A DNA stretch of 64,000 nucleotides from Chiloscyllium plagiosum (taxonomy: Eukaryota), in the NCBI RefSeq assembly GCF_004010195.1, contig NC_057718.1, positions 62,666,311 through 62,730,310 on the forward strand, written 5' to 3'. A program made the translations under genes and the position numbers. Positions 37,874 through 49,397 of the stretch are shown here, one piece after another (positions within the stretch are counted from its first letter, which is position 1; each line of letters opens with the position of its first letter). The notes beneath the pieces were generated by a model. That model ran no database searches. It was given only the letters and a program-made list of their open reading frames with translations, and had not been told where the DNA came from.

Positions 37874-38962
37874 CTGCAAAACAGAATCAAATTATTCAAA
37901 AAAAGATCATGGCCTCAGCGAATTTTCCATGTTAGATTTTACTGAACACAAAATGCTTCATACCTCAAACAGTTTAATGACGACAAATGTATACTGTAAA
38001 CATTTAAATACATATATAGCCTTGCAGACAGCATATTTAATCACAAATTTAGAATGAATTCAGTGGGCATCTTCAATATCTTTTGTTGGGCCAATATTTG
38101 TTTGCAAAGAGAAACCTGGAGCCAATTTTGGAGCATAAATTGCCTTTTTTGAAAAATAAATTAAATCTTACTAGTGAGATTTTATCAATAGACATTATCA
38201 ATGTTGGTTAGTATCACAAGCTCAATTTTCACAAATTGACTAAAATGACTGATACTGAGAAACAGGTGGTGCCAGCTTTGTAAAATCTGTATTGGTGTTG
38301 AGTCAAAATCTAAAATACTCTCCCTGACAACAGTGAAAGTGTGTCTACACAAAATAGACTGTAGTGGTTAAGGCAGTGGCTCATCATAAATCTCAAGGGC
38401 AATTAGAGTTAGGTAACATATACCAACGTTGTCAGTGACATTTACATCCCATGAACTAATAAACAGAAATCCCCTCAACTTGCTAGGTGAAAAATTACAA
38501 ACCAAAGTCTTTTAGGATTGGAAAAACTGTCTTTATTACATGACAAGAAAAGCTTAGAAAAGACAGACAAATTTACATTTAGATTGTAGTAAGCAAAGGG
38601 AATTGTCTAGGATATTGATGGCAACAAGTAGATGGATCATGAACAAAATACATAAAATAGGGTTTGGATCATGTCCTGCTCTGCAATCAAAATATGATTA
38701 CTGATTGTGATTGCAAGACTAGTGGCTATCAAATACTACTTCCTTAGTTGAGGCACTGCAGATTTGTAATTTATTTTTAAAAGCACTGCTATTGGAGCAT
38801 TTGGAGCTCCTAATGTCAGCAGCTGTTTGGTAAATAGAAGCCCATGAAATTTCACAATGAATCTACCTCCACAAAAAATATTAATTTTTTATTACAATTA
38901 ACCTCTGAAATAAAATAATAAACTGTGTGCTGCATAGAATACTTCCATAGTTATCTACATAC

Positions 38963-39087
38963 CTTACTCGTTTCCACCATTGTAGGCAAGAGGCACATAT
39001 TGAGTTCTGGACGAGGAGGACGTATATTGTTTTTCCCACCCATTAACTTTATATTCTCACGACAGGGGAAATAAGGTCCTAAAGACA
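38963..39087 (-). CDS. USP34: USP34 coding exon, (M)SLGPYFPCRENIKLMGGKNNIRPPRPELNMCLLPTMVETSK
   Basis: 125 bp, cag/gtatgt; phase 1 to 0. Confidence 0.95.
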
Positions 39088-39199
39088 CTGTAAAATTAGT
39101 TTAATAGATGAAGAGTGAAACAGAATCTTCCAAAGCAAGTAGAGATTTATTTGTTTTTATTATCATCGTGCAATTAATTATGTAACAGGTTGTACTTAC

Positions 39200-39304
39200 T
39201 TGGTATACTACTATGGTGACAGGTGCAATGATTGTGCTGAAGGAATGGCACCAAAGTATGAAGGAAATCATGAGGACTTAGGAGGACAAGTTCTTTTAAA
39301 ACAT
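39200..39304 (-). CDS. USP34: USP34 coding exon, (D)VLKELVLLSPHDFLHTLVPFLQHNHCTCHHSSIP
   Basis: 105 bp, tag/gtaagt; phase 1 to 1; not in the ORF track, found by manual translation. Confidence 0.95.
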
Positions 39305-40104
39305 CTAGAAAGCAATGACAAATTTATTTTACGTACATAAAAAGAAACGTTTCCTAGTCAGTATTTTTGGCAAGTCCCACGGTGGACTCTTTTTAAAAAT
39401 TATCAATTTATTGAGTTATTTCAAAGTGTGCAGTAATGTAGGCATAGTTTTTTTACGATGCCAATATTATTTTCTAAAACACTTGCTTGAATTGTACTTT
39501 GATACAATTTCTTTTCTTTTGGTGATTGTGCTGGCCATAAAGTAGTAATTTTCTCCAAACGGTTCCTGAAATTTTTAAAAAAGCGTACAATACAGATTTA
39601 ACAAAAAGTGACTTTGATTCCAACTACTAGACTAAAATTGTGAGCATATAAATCAAGTGCAAATTCCCTCTCTCATATTCGTCCCTCTCTCATATTCGTC
39701 ACAAATCTCAAGTGTGTTTCAAAGACTTACGTTCAGTTTTCTAACAACATTGGGGTCAGTACAAACATACAAGTAAATCTTTCAAAGACGGGCAGAAAAT
39801 CTGACATAGCATAAAAGTAATAAGACAATTCAATGTACCTTGGAATTTAAAGTATATTAATGAAAATAGAAAAATATCATTTATAAGTTTATATTTTGTT
39901 CTGCTACAGCTATAGGTTAATAGTAATGTGAAACACAATTCCATTTCTCAATTTGAATGCTGGTGCTGAGGTCTTCTAATTAGAGGTGAGTGAATAAAAC
40001 CCACATGGACTCCACTTTAATTTCACTTTGAAATAAAGAAAGTAATTCATATTCTGTTAACAAATTACTTGACAGCTGGAAATCAATGGTTTGTGAATTG
40101 TGGG

Positions 40105-40845
40105 TACAAGTCCATGTGTTAAACTTGCGCCCACACCTCCCCCCTCACTTCCCTCCAAGGCACCAAGGGATCCTTCCATATCTGTCACAAATTCACCTGC
40201 ACCTCCACACACACCATTTACTGCATCTGCTGCACCCAATGTGGCCTCCTCTACATTGGGGAGAGAGGCTGCCTACTTGCGGAACGTTTCAGAGAACACC
40301 TCTGGGACACCCGCACCAACCAACCCAACCGCCCTGTGGATGAACACTTTAACTCCCCCTCCCACTCCGCCAAGGACATGCAGGTCCTTGGCCTCCTCCA
40401 TCGCCAGACCATGGCAACACGACACCTGGAGGAAGAGCGCATCATCTTCTGCCGAGGAACCCTCCAACCACAAGGGATGAATGCAGATTTCTCCAGCTTC
40501 CTCATTTCCCCTCCCCTCAACTTATCTCAGTCCCAACCCTCGGACTCAGCACCGCCTTCTTGACATGCAATCTTCTTCCCGACCTCTCTGCCCCCACCCC
40601 CTCTCCGGCCTATCACCCTCACCTTAACCTCCTTCCACCTATCACATTTCCAACGCCCCTCCCCAAGTCCCTCCTCCCTACCTTTTATCTTAGCCTGCTT
40701 GGCACACCCTCCTCATTCCTGAAGAAGGGCTTATGCCCGAAACGTCGATTCTCCTGCTCCTTGAATGCTGCCTGACCTGCTGTGCTTTTCCAGCAACATA
40801 TTTTTCAGCTCTGATCTCCAGCATCTGCAGTCCTCACTTTCTCCA
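40105..40845 (+). mobile_element. 5'-truncated Neptune-type PLE (GIY-YIG end plus pLTR)
   Basis: IYCICCTQCGLLYIGE..RFREH..HFN..LEEERIIF..TLQPQGMN; hammerhead at 40715-40750; near-identical to the 49398-52231 family. Confidence 0.9.
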
Positions 40846-40959
40846 TGTGTTATTCTACCAGTAACTAGTAATGCAACCTCATCACACATTACAGATTTTC
40901 TTTTTTTCTGTTTTTGTCTGGACCATCGAAAATTGGGAAAAAAATTTGGATGAGAGCAC

Positions 40960-41960
40960 AACACTATAAGACATAGTAGCAGAATCAGGCCATTTAACCT
41001 GATGCGAGTGTGGTCTACCATTCGATCATGTCTGATATGTTTCACAACCCCATTCACCTACCTTCACCCCATAATCTTTGATCTCCTTACCAATCAAGAC
41101 CCTACCTCTGTCTTGAATACACTTAATGACTTGGCCTCCACAGCCTTTTGCAACTATGAGTTCCACAGAGTGACCACCCTCCGGCTGAAGAAATTCCTCC
41201 TCAGCTCCATCCTCAAATCTTAGTCTCTCCTACTAGTGGAAGCATCTTCTCCATGTCCACTCTGTCCAGGTCTCTCAGTATTCTAAGTTTCAATCAGATC
41301 CTCCTCATTCTTCTAAACTCCATCAGATATCGATACATAGTCCTCAACCACTCCTCATTCGACAAAAACCTCATTCTTGTAAAACTCCTCTAAACCTCCT
41401 CAAATGCCAGCAAATCCTTCCTTCGACATGGGGCCCAAAACTGTTCACAATATTCCAAATGCATTCTGACCAGCGCTTTTGCACAGCCTCAGCAGTACAT
41501 CCCTGCTCTGGCATTCTAGTCTTCTCAAAAAAGTGCTAACATTCCATTTGCCTTCCTGTGAAATGAACTTGCATGTTAACCTTAAGAGAATTCTGAATGA
41601 GGACTCCCAAGTCCCTTTGTGCTTCAGATTTCCAAAGCTTTTCTCCATTTAGAAAATAAGTCTACCCATCTATTCTCCCTACCAAAGTGCGTAACTCCAT
41701 ATTTCCCAGTGTATTGCATTAGTCATTTCTTTGACTACTTTCCTAGCCTGTCCAAATCCTTCTGCAGGCTTCCCACTTCCTCAGCACTATCTGTCCCTCC
41801 ACCTATCTTTATGTCATTTGCAAACGTAACAAGAATCCCCTCACAGTTCCTTTGCCCAAATCATTAATGTATAATACGAGTAGTTGTGGTCCCAACATAG
41901 ACTCTCGCAGAACTCCATTAAGTCACCAGCTGTCATCTGAACAGACCCCTTTATCCATGA
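40960..41960 (-). mobile_element. CR1 3' fragment
   Basis: CR1 ORF2 end and tail on the minus strand. Confidence 0.8.
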
Positions 41961-44900
41961 AAATCCCTACTGGTCAACCATATGGAGATCCTAAATCACC
42001 TTAATACAATGACAGGAAGCATTCACATATAATTTGTAAACACTCGGATTTGGAACATTGCTTTTCACAAACTGTTATTGATCCCCAAAATAACCAAATT
42101 TATCAAGTGGCCCTCAAATGAAGAAATTACCAATATTAAGAGATCTTAATCTGGCATCAGAAATCTCTGCTACTGAATCAGATAGCAATCAGGCAAGAGC
42201 CAGGCCACTGGTGGGTGTTCACCTGACATCAAGAACTCCTAACCAGTGACTGGCAACTCTCACTCAGCTACACCACTGAGCAGGTTGTGGTTGTTGCCAA
42301 AGACATCCACTACAGTCTCAGGATCACAAAGTGCTTCAGATAATTTGAGCAGGTGATTTTGTGGGGTGGGGGTCACAGGGAAACGAGAGGAAGGGGTGGC
42401 TTTCATTGGATCTCCCATTTTCAATGTCTAGTCCCTCAATCAGGCACTAGGATCAAGACATCCACATCATTATCACCGCAACACCTCCCATGCTTCCCCA
42501 TTGTGGTGACAAGCAGCTGGGTTAGTCTCAATGGTGACAGGATGAAGGTCTTAAGTAATCCTCAAGGGGCTACTTGATGGTCTCAATTCGAAGTGGTGCA
42601 GGAAAGTTGACCATGGGCTTTCCAAACAGAACTTAATTTTGGTGGACAGGCATAAGTCATGTCATTGACCTGCCTAATGAAATGACCTTCCCACCTTCAA
42701 GCTTGTCACCAGAGAGAGCAGACGATTCTGTCCAATATTCTGCTTTTCATAGTTTTAACTTTTACATGTATCAAAACCAACACAAATTACGTATGAATTA
42801 ACAGGATGATGCTTCAAATACAAAAGTTTTACGTTGCTGGCTTGACTGTTCAGAAAACAAAGAAACATTATACAAAGCCAAAAACACTTGCCTTCAGTAC
42901 GTATGCAAATATCTAGATTCACAGTTCCACAATATGATATTCTTTATTCATGCAGGGTGGGTCAGGAGTCCTATCTTACAATAGCTTTAACCCCAAGGTT
43001 TTTTTTTTAGATACAATCAACACCAAGGCACACTTCTAAGAACTCCTCTCCCTCAAGTCACAATTCTTGACACACTTCTGACTGACCAAACAATAACAGT
43101 TAATCTCAGTTAAAGGTCTGGCCACTTCTGGTTAAAATCATGTACATCTTCAGCAACTCCAAACAACTTGCACAGCTTTCCAGGTTTTAAACCTTTTAAG
43201 CATGCTTACACAAAGTCTCAAAGAGCTGTTATAACTCTTTGCTCGATTGTCTACACCCTCCAGCTCTCCTTCCTGCAGCTCTCCTTTGTATCTGTTCAAA
43301 TAACATCTGTCTCAAGCTCCTTCCTATTTGCACAAGTTCCAGATCAAGGGTCCGGAGTTTCTGACCATCCAAGAAAATTTAAAGTGATCCCTTAATAACT
43401 AATGCAATTACTGCTTTTGAATCGTAGGTCACCATATTCCCCAACACTATCACATCCCTTCCACAAAAAACAAAAAGTTATCATGCAGTAAATTTCACTT
43501 TACAACTCTTGAAAAACACTAAGGTCTTAACATCCCAAACAATTTATCAAATAAGGTACAACATGTTCCACTGGCTACAAACATAAGGCATTATATTTCC
43601 AAAACAGACTTCAAATATTCTGAGCCATTTTACAATCTTATAAAACCCAATACACGTTTACCTGGCTTTAAGATATTGCAGATACCATCCTTTGCTCTTT
43701 GAAAACTCTTGATATGTTGATCTCAATCACATTATTTTGAGTTGCAACATGCTATAATTTTTAGTGTAAGTTGCAGCAGCATTAAACCACACTGAAATGT
43801 GCATTGGTTTCCAATTTCAAACTTTTCTTGGAACATTAGTCATAGTCTGTACAGACCAGTAACCTTACTCTTGTACTCCATGCTGTTTTTTAAAATCACC
43901 ACTGGATTGTGCAGTACAGGTCCTGGGATCCTATTTGTAATGGGCCCAAAGGTTTTACAATTTATTTTGTCTGGTTAACTTTATCAAGAAAAGGGCTACT
44001 GCTGATAGACCTCCTGTCTTCTGAAAATAGACAGCTATAGATTGGAATCCAAGAAGAAATCCCCTATCATAGTGTTTCTTACTTTCTTGATTTGGCAATT
44101 TCCTTTGTTCTTACTGAGAGCGAGACAGCAAATCGTCAGATTGTTTGAAATTGACTCGAACCTCACAATTCAATTTTTAGCTTCTCACTACCATTTTCAC
44201 CTAACTCTGCCTTTCTTTTTTAAAGATGTTCAAGCCTTGGGAAAAAAAAACATAACAACGAAGCACCCAACATCATTCTTAATTTTGAGCCCAACTTCCC
44301 AATTTAACTCTTCAGTTTTCTTTTCCAGGAGATGCAGGTTTTGTTGAGTAAAGTGCTCTTGAGCCACTGAACAACTAACTCTAATTCCAAATTTGGTTGA
44401 GGTTATGTTCTGTTCAGTTAAGAAAGCTTTTGTTCAGTAACGAAGCCACATTTTAAATTAAGCTGGTACAAAGAAAGAGGTAACAATTTTCAATGATCCC
44501 AATGAATATGTTTTTATTCAGCAAACCTGTCTGGAGAGAACTTCATCTCACTTGCCAACATTAGTGACTGTATCAATCCTGTAAGGATAATACTCAATTT
44601 TCTGCCATACCAATGAACATAAGGACATTATACTCTCTCAAATATCTCCAATCAATCTTTTCAGTTAAAAAAGGTAGTTTGCAGTAAACATTACCTGTTA
44701 GGACATTATCAGATTATCCTTCGCTTAATACAGACTCTTAAAATTCTTTATTTTACAAGCTTAAAACAATTATAGATTCCTAGGACAGCATAAAGAATTT
44801 ACAAATTTATCACTGTTGTTGCCTCCAGGTTAAAGCCAGTAACATAAATAAAGATAAATTCCTCTCAGTGAGCATAGAGTGTTTACCTACAATTTCAGAA

Positions 44901-45314
44901 AACATCTGAACTCTTGTCTCTCACTTTTGGCCACAAAATGCAGGGTAAATCCATTCTTGCTTATTACTATTCCATCAGTCTACTGTCAAGCAGCAGCAGA
45001 GTGCTGAAAGTGGCTGTCAACATCAACAATATTCTTAAGCAGCACACATTCTGCAATAAAATGCTCACTGATGCTCAGTTTGGACTCAAGACCATTCATA
45101 TCTTGACTTCATTACAGCCTTGGCCTAAACATGCACAAAAGTGGTAAACTCCAAAGTTGAGGTGAGAGTGACTGTCCTCGACATCAAACGACAATTAATA
45201 CAAATTTGACATCAAGGAACCCTAGTAAAACCAAAGTCAATTAAAATTGGAGCAAAAGCTCTGCTCTAGTCAGAATCATATCTAGCACAAAGGAAAATGA
45301 CTCTGGCTATTTGA

Positions 45315-46410
45315 TAAGAGGCCATAAAGGTTATTGTATAAAATAAAAGCTCATAGTGGGTAACATGCTGGCATGGATAGAAGGTAGGTTAAATAACAGA
45401 AAATAGGAATAAAACCTTTTCAGGCAAGCAGGATGTCATGAGTGGCGTGCCATAGCAGTTGATGCTGGGGCCTTAACTCTTTACAATTTATACAAATAAT
45501 TTGGATGAAGCGCCAAAGGTATGGCAGTTAAATTTGCTGACAATACAAATATAGGTAGGAAAGAGTTATGAAAAATAATATAACGAGATTCCACAAAAGG
45601 ATGCAAGTAGGTTAAGTGAGTGGGCAAAGTTCAGACAAACAGAGTACAATGTGAGAAGCTGTCCATTTTGGCAGAAAGAATAAAAAGCATATTATCCAAA
45701 TGGTGAGAGGTTGAAAACTCAGATGCAGAGAGATCTATGTACGTTACTGAATAAATTGCAGGTTAGTGGGCAGGTACAGCAAGTAATCAGGAAAGCCAAC
45801 AGAATGTTATGCTTTACTGTGAGGGGAATTGAATCCACGGGTGGGGAGATTAGGCTTCAGTTTTGGTGAGGCTGCCTCTGAAGTACCTATGTGTACAGTA
45901 TTGGTCATTGTACATCCAGAAGAATGTTAATGTATTGGGAGCAGTTCAGAGAAGCTTTTCTAAACTAATACTTGGAATGAGCAGATTGCTTTATGAGGAA
46001 GGCAAGTCAGACAAGGCCTGTATTCTCTGGTGTTTAGAAGAGTCAGAGGTCACTTAACCGAAATATAAGATCCTGAGAGGACTTGACTGGATAGACATGG
46101 AAAGGGTGTTTCCTCCTGTGAGAGGATACAGAACTACAAAATTAAGGAGTCACCCATTTAAGAGATGGATAACAATTATTTCTTTCTCTCGTAAGGTTCC
46201 TGTGGGTTTGGTATTCCCTTCTTCAAAAGGCAGTGATGCAGAATCTTTAAATATTTTTAAGGCAGAGGAAGATCGATTCTTGGATGCAAAGGGTATGAAC
46301 AATCATCAGAAGTACACAGGAAGGTAGATTTGGGATTAAAACCAGATCAGCCATAATCTTGTTGAATGGCAGAGCAGGCTTAGAGGCCAAGTGAACTACT
46401 CTTGTTCTTG
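45315..46410 (+). mobile_element. CR1 3' fragment nested in an older LINE (~44950-47390)
   Basis: KFADNT, CVQYWS..LGAVQRSF motifs; flanks carry FDIKEP and VPQGS..FINDT remnants of another RT. Confidence 0.7.
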
Positions 46411-46757
46411 ATTACATGCTGTTGGAGGTCAATCGTTTTAGTCTTGTAACATTGACGTAACAGTTCCTCAGGGTAGTTTACCAGATCCAACCATCTTCAG
46501 TTGTTTCATCAATGACACTTCCTCCATCATAAGAGTGAGGATGTTCACTAATAACTATACACTGTTCAGCACTATTTACAATTCTATGATCCATTCAGTC
46601 CATATGCAGCAAGAACTGGACAACAAGGCGGCTTAGGCTAATGAGAAGTAAATAACATGTATGCCACTTCCTTCAGCAGCATCTCACCCAGTTTCAATTT
46701 CACTTGCCAGCACCTTCTAAACTCTCCCAAACTTAGAGGCTAGGAATTCTAACATGT

Positions 46758-46911
46758 CCTGGATATATGTTTGCTCACTGAGCTAGAAGGGTTATTTTCA
46801 GACGTTTCGTCACCATACTTGGTAACATCATCAGTGAGCCACCTTCTAGTTCAGTGAACAGGCTTACATCCAGAACCTCAACCTTAGTTACAAGTCTTCT
46901 CAAAACTCGCT
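46758..46911. mobile_element. 154-bp miniature fold-back PLE
   Basis: TSD aattctaacatgt (46745-46757, 46912-46924); inverted ends ctggat..tcactgagctagaagg / ccttctagttcagtga..atccag; one hammerhead. Confidence 0.8.
46798..46837 (-). ncRNA. Minimal type I hammerhead ribozyme motif, sense in USP34 pre-mRNA
   Basis: UCA-CUGAUGA-U-GUUACCA(AGUA)UGGUGAC-GAAACGUC-UGA: intact core, 7-bp stem II, GUC cleavage triplet. Confidence 0.8.
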
Positions 46912-48411
46912 AATTCTAACATGTGAAACTCACTTCCCAACTCCCTAGTACCTGTCCACCTTCTTCAAGGCACAGACCAACACTGCAAACAAATACTCAA
47001 GACTGCGGCTTGATATTACCCAGCACAAAACATTTGAGTTGATTGGCATCCCATCTACAAGATGTACTGTCGCAAACTTCTAAGCCTCCTTTGATGGTAT
47101 CTTCCAAATTCACAGCATCTACCACTCAAAAGGATAAATGCAGCAAATGGAACACCACCACCTGCAAGCTCCCTTTCAAGCCACACACTGTTTTAACTTG
47201 GAACTATATCACCATTCCTTCACTGTTGCTGCGTCAAAATCCTGGAACTCCATAGCAGCATCATGGTTAAACCTACACCCCAAGGGCTATAGCAGTTCAT
47301 GGAGGAAGCTCACCACCACTTTGTCTAGGGTAATTTGGGATAGGCATTAAATGTTAGCCTAACCAGCGATACCCCATCTCAGGAATGAGTAAAAGAAAAG
47401 AAGTATCAGGAAACAATAATCTCCAATAACTATTTCCCCAAGACACTCAATTGTATTACCATTGTTGAATCCCCCACTAGCAATATGCTGGCCAGAAACC
47501 AATATAAATATAAATATTATGATGGTAACAGCAGGTCAGGGCTGTAAGTTCTGTGATAAATAACTCATCTCCTGACCCACAATCAACAAAGTACATGTCA
47601 TAAATGTGACAGAATACTTTCTTGGATAAGTGCAGCTCCAACAACATTCAAGAATCTTGATTCCACTTGGGGCAAAGCAGCCTGCTTCATTGGCACACTG
47701 TTCACCACCTTATTTACTCCCTCTACCACTGACGTACAGAGGCAGCAGTATGCAGCATTCATAGGCTACATTGCAGCAATTAGCCAGGGTTCTTTCCAAA
47801 CCCTCTAACATCTAGAAGGATAAGGGCAGTAGATGCATGGGGACACTACCACCCACAAGTTCCACACACACCATCCTAACTTGGAACTAATTCTGCTATT
47901 CTTTCACTGTGGCTGAGTGAAAACACTGGATCTTACTTCCTACACTATATGGACAGCAATGGTTCAAGAAAGCAGCTAACCCCCACCTTCTCAATGGCAA
48001 TTAGGAACATGCAATAAGTGCTGACCTAGCTGGTGCTGATCACATTTTGTGAACACATAAAAGAAATTCCTGTAGCAACCAATAGACTTGCATTGCTGAG
48101 TGATAAATGTTATTTACTACTGAGCAAATACTTTGGTGAAAATGGCCAGACATTTCGTGCAGGATTCTCTAACCATTCAAGAAGAGATGTTTATGGGATC
48201 ATAGAGATGTACAGCATGGAAAGAGACCCTTCGGTCCAAATCGTCCATGCTGACCTAGTCAGTTTTTGCTAGTAAACGTTGACATTAACAACAGCCCCTG
48301 CAGCAACTTGTCAATTGAACACAGCATAATATTAACGTTGGAATCTATAGTTTATCTGGATTCAATGTAAATGTATTTAGTTGCTGAAATTTAATCTCAT
48401 GGTATTATTAC

Positions 48412-48519
48412 CTATACAGGCATTTCGAAGTTCTGGCGGACTATAGGAATTCAATAATGTGAGAAGCTTGTGAGCAAATTCGATTCTTTCCTGCCACTGG
48501 ATCAAGGCTTGCTTAACAT
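48412..48519 (-). CDS. USP34: USP34 coding exon, (D)VKQALIQWQERIEFAHKLLTLLNSYSPPELRNACI
   Basis: 108 bp, cag/gtaat; phase 1 to 1. Confidence 0.96.
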
Positions 48520-49051
48520 CTGTAAATATAAATTTAAAAAAAAAATGTGAAATTGAAAGTTGCAAATTTTTTCTAAAACGAGACATTATTTTGTTGGAAA
48601 CAAAATTAGTACCATACAACATAAGGAGGAGGACAAAGTATTCAAGAAATATATTAAAACACAAAACACGAAAACAAAACAATGATAATGAGTATAAAGA
48701 TACAAAATAAAAAAAGATTGAGTTGCGTGTCCTAGTAGGAAACAATATTCTATTGTGCTAATATGGACATCTTATGTTAGCTGCAATGTCAAAAGGTGAA
48801 ATTTAAAATTTTGTTAAAAGTCTCCACACTCCAAATACTATTTTTAAAAAAACGGTTGTCAAATACCAATAGTAAATTTCGTTCTTGGCATTTCCAACCC
48901 TCACATATGAAGGGGATGATAGAATGCATTTAAAATAATCCATTAAAAACATTACACTTACATTAGAGAACCTTCTAAGACAGTTAAGGAACTCTTCCAC
49001 AAACAAAAAAATCAAAATTAGTTGAATAAAAAACACCAAAAGTCAACAGAC

Positions 49052-49178
49052 CTTTCCGCTGCAAATATGGACGTGTAGATTTCAGAACAGATAAGAAAAT
49101 AGAGAGAAGCTCCACCAAGTCCCCAGTCACATGGCAAGCTGTAGCCTCATGGTACATCATGTGCAAAGTATTAAAAGA
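49052..49178 (-). CDS. USP34: USP34 coding exon, SFNTLHMMYHEATACHVTGDLVELLSIFLSVLKSTRPYLQRK
   Basis: 127 bp, poly-T tag acceptor and gt donor; phase 0 to 1. Confidence 0.96.
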
Positions 49179-49397
49179 CTAAAAAATTAAAAGAAAATTA
49201 GAAACATATGTTTTGATTTCTTGAAGCAAAAATAATTATTGTAGAATCATAGAACCCTTACAGCATGGAAACAGGCAACAAGTCCACACAGACTCTCTGA
49301 AGAGTATCTCATCCAGACTTATTCCCCTAACCTATTACTCTACATTTCCCCTGACTAATGCACCTAACCTACTCATCTCTGAACACTATTTAGCATG

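Noticed and set aside
39665..39700. 17-bp tandem duplication tccctctctcatattcg
   Set aside because: Two copies only with no spacers: a simple slippage duplication, not an array.
42100..44300. Repeat-like segments (possible non-autonomous DNA element, solo LTR or gag remnant)
   Set aside because: Too decayed to define ends or motifs by eye.
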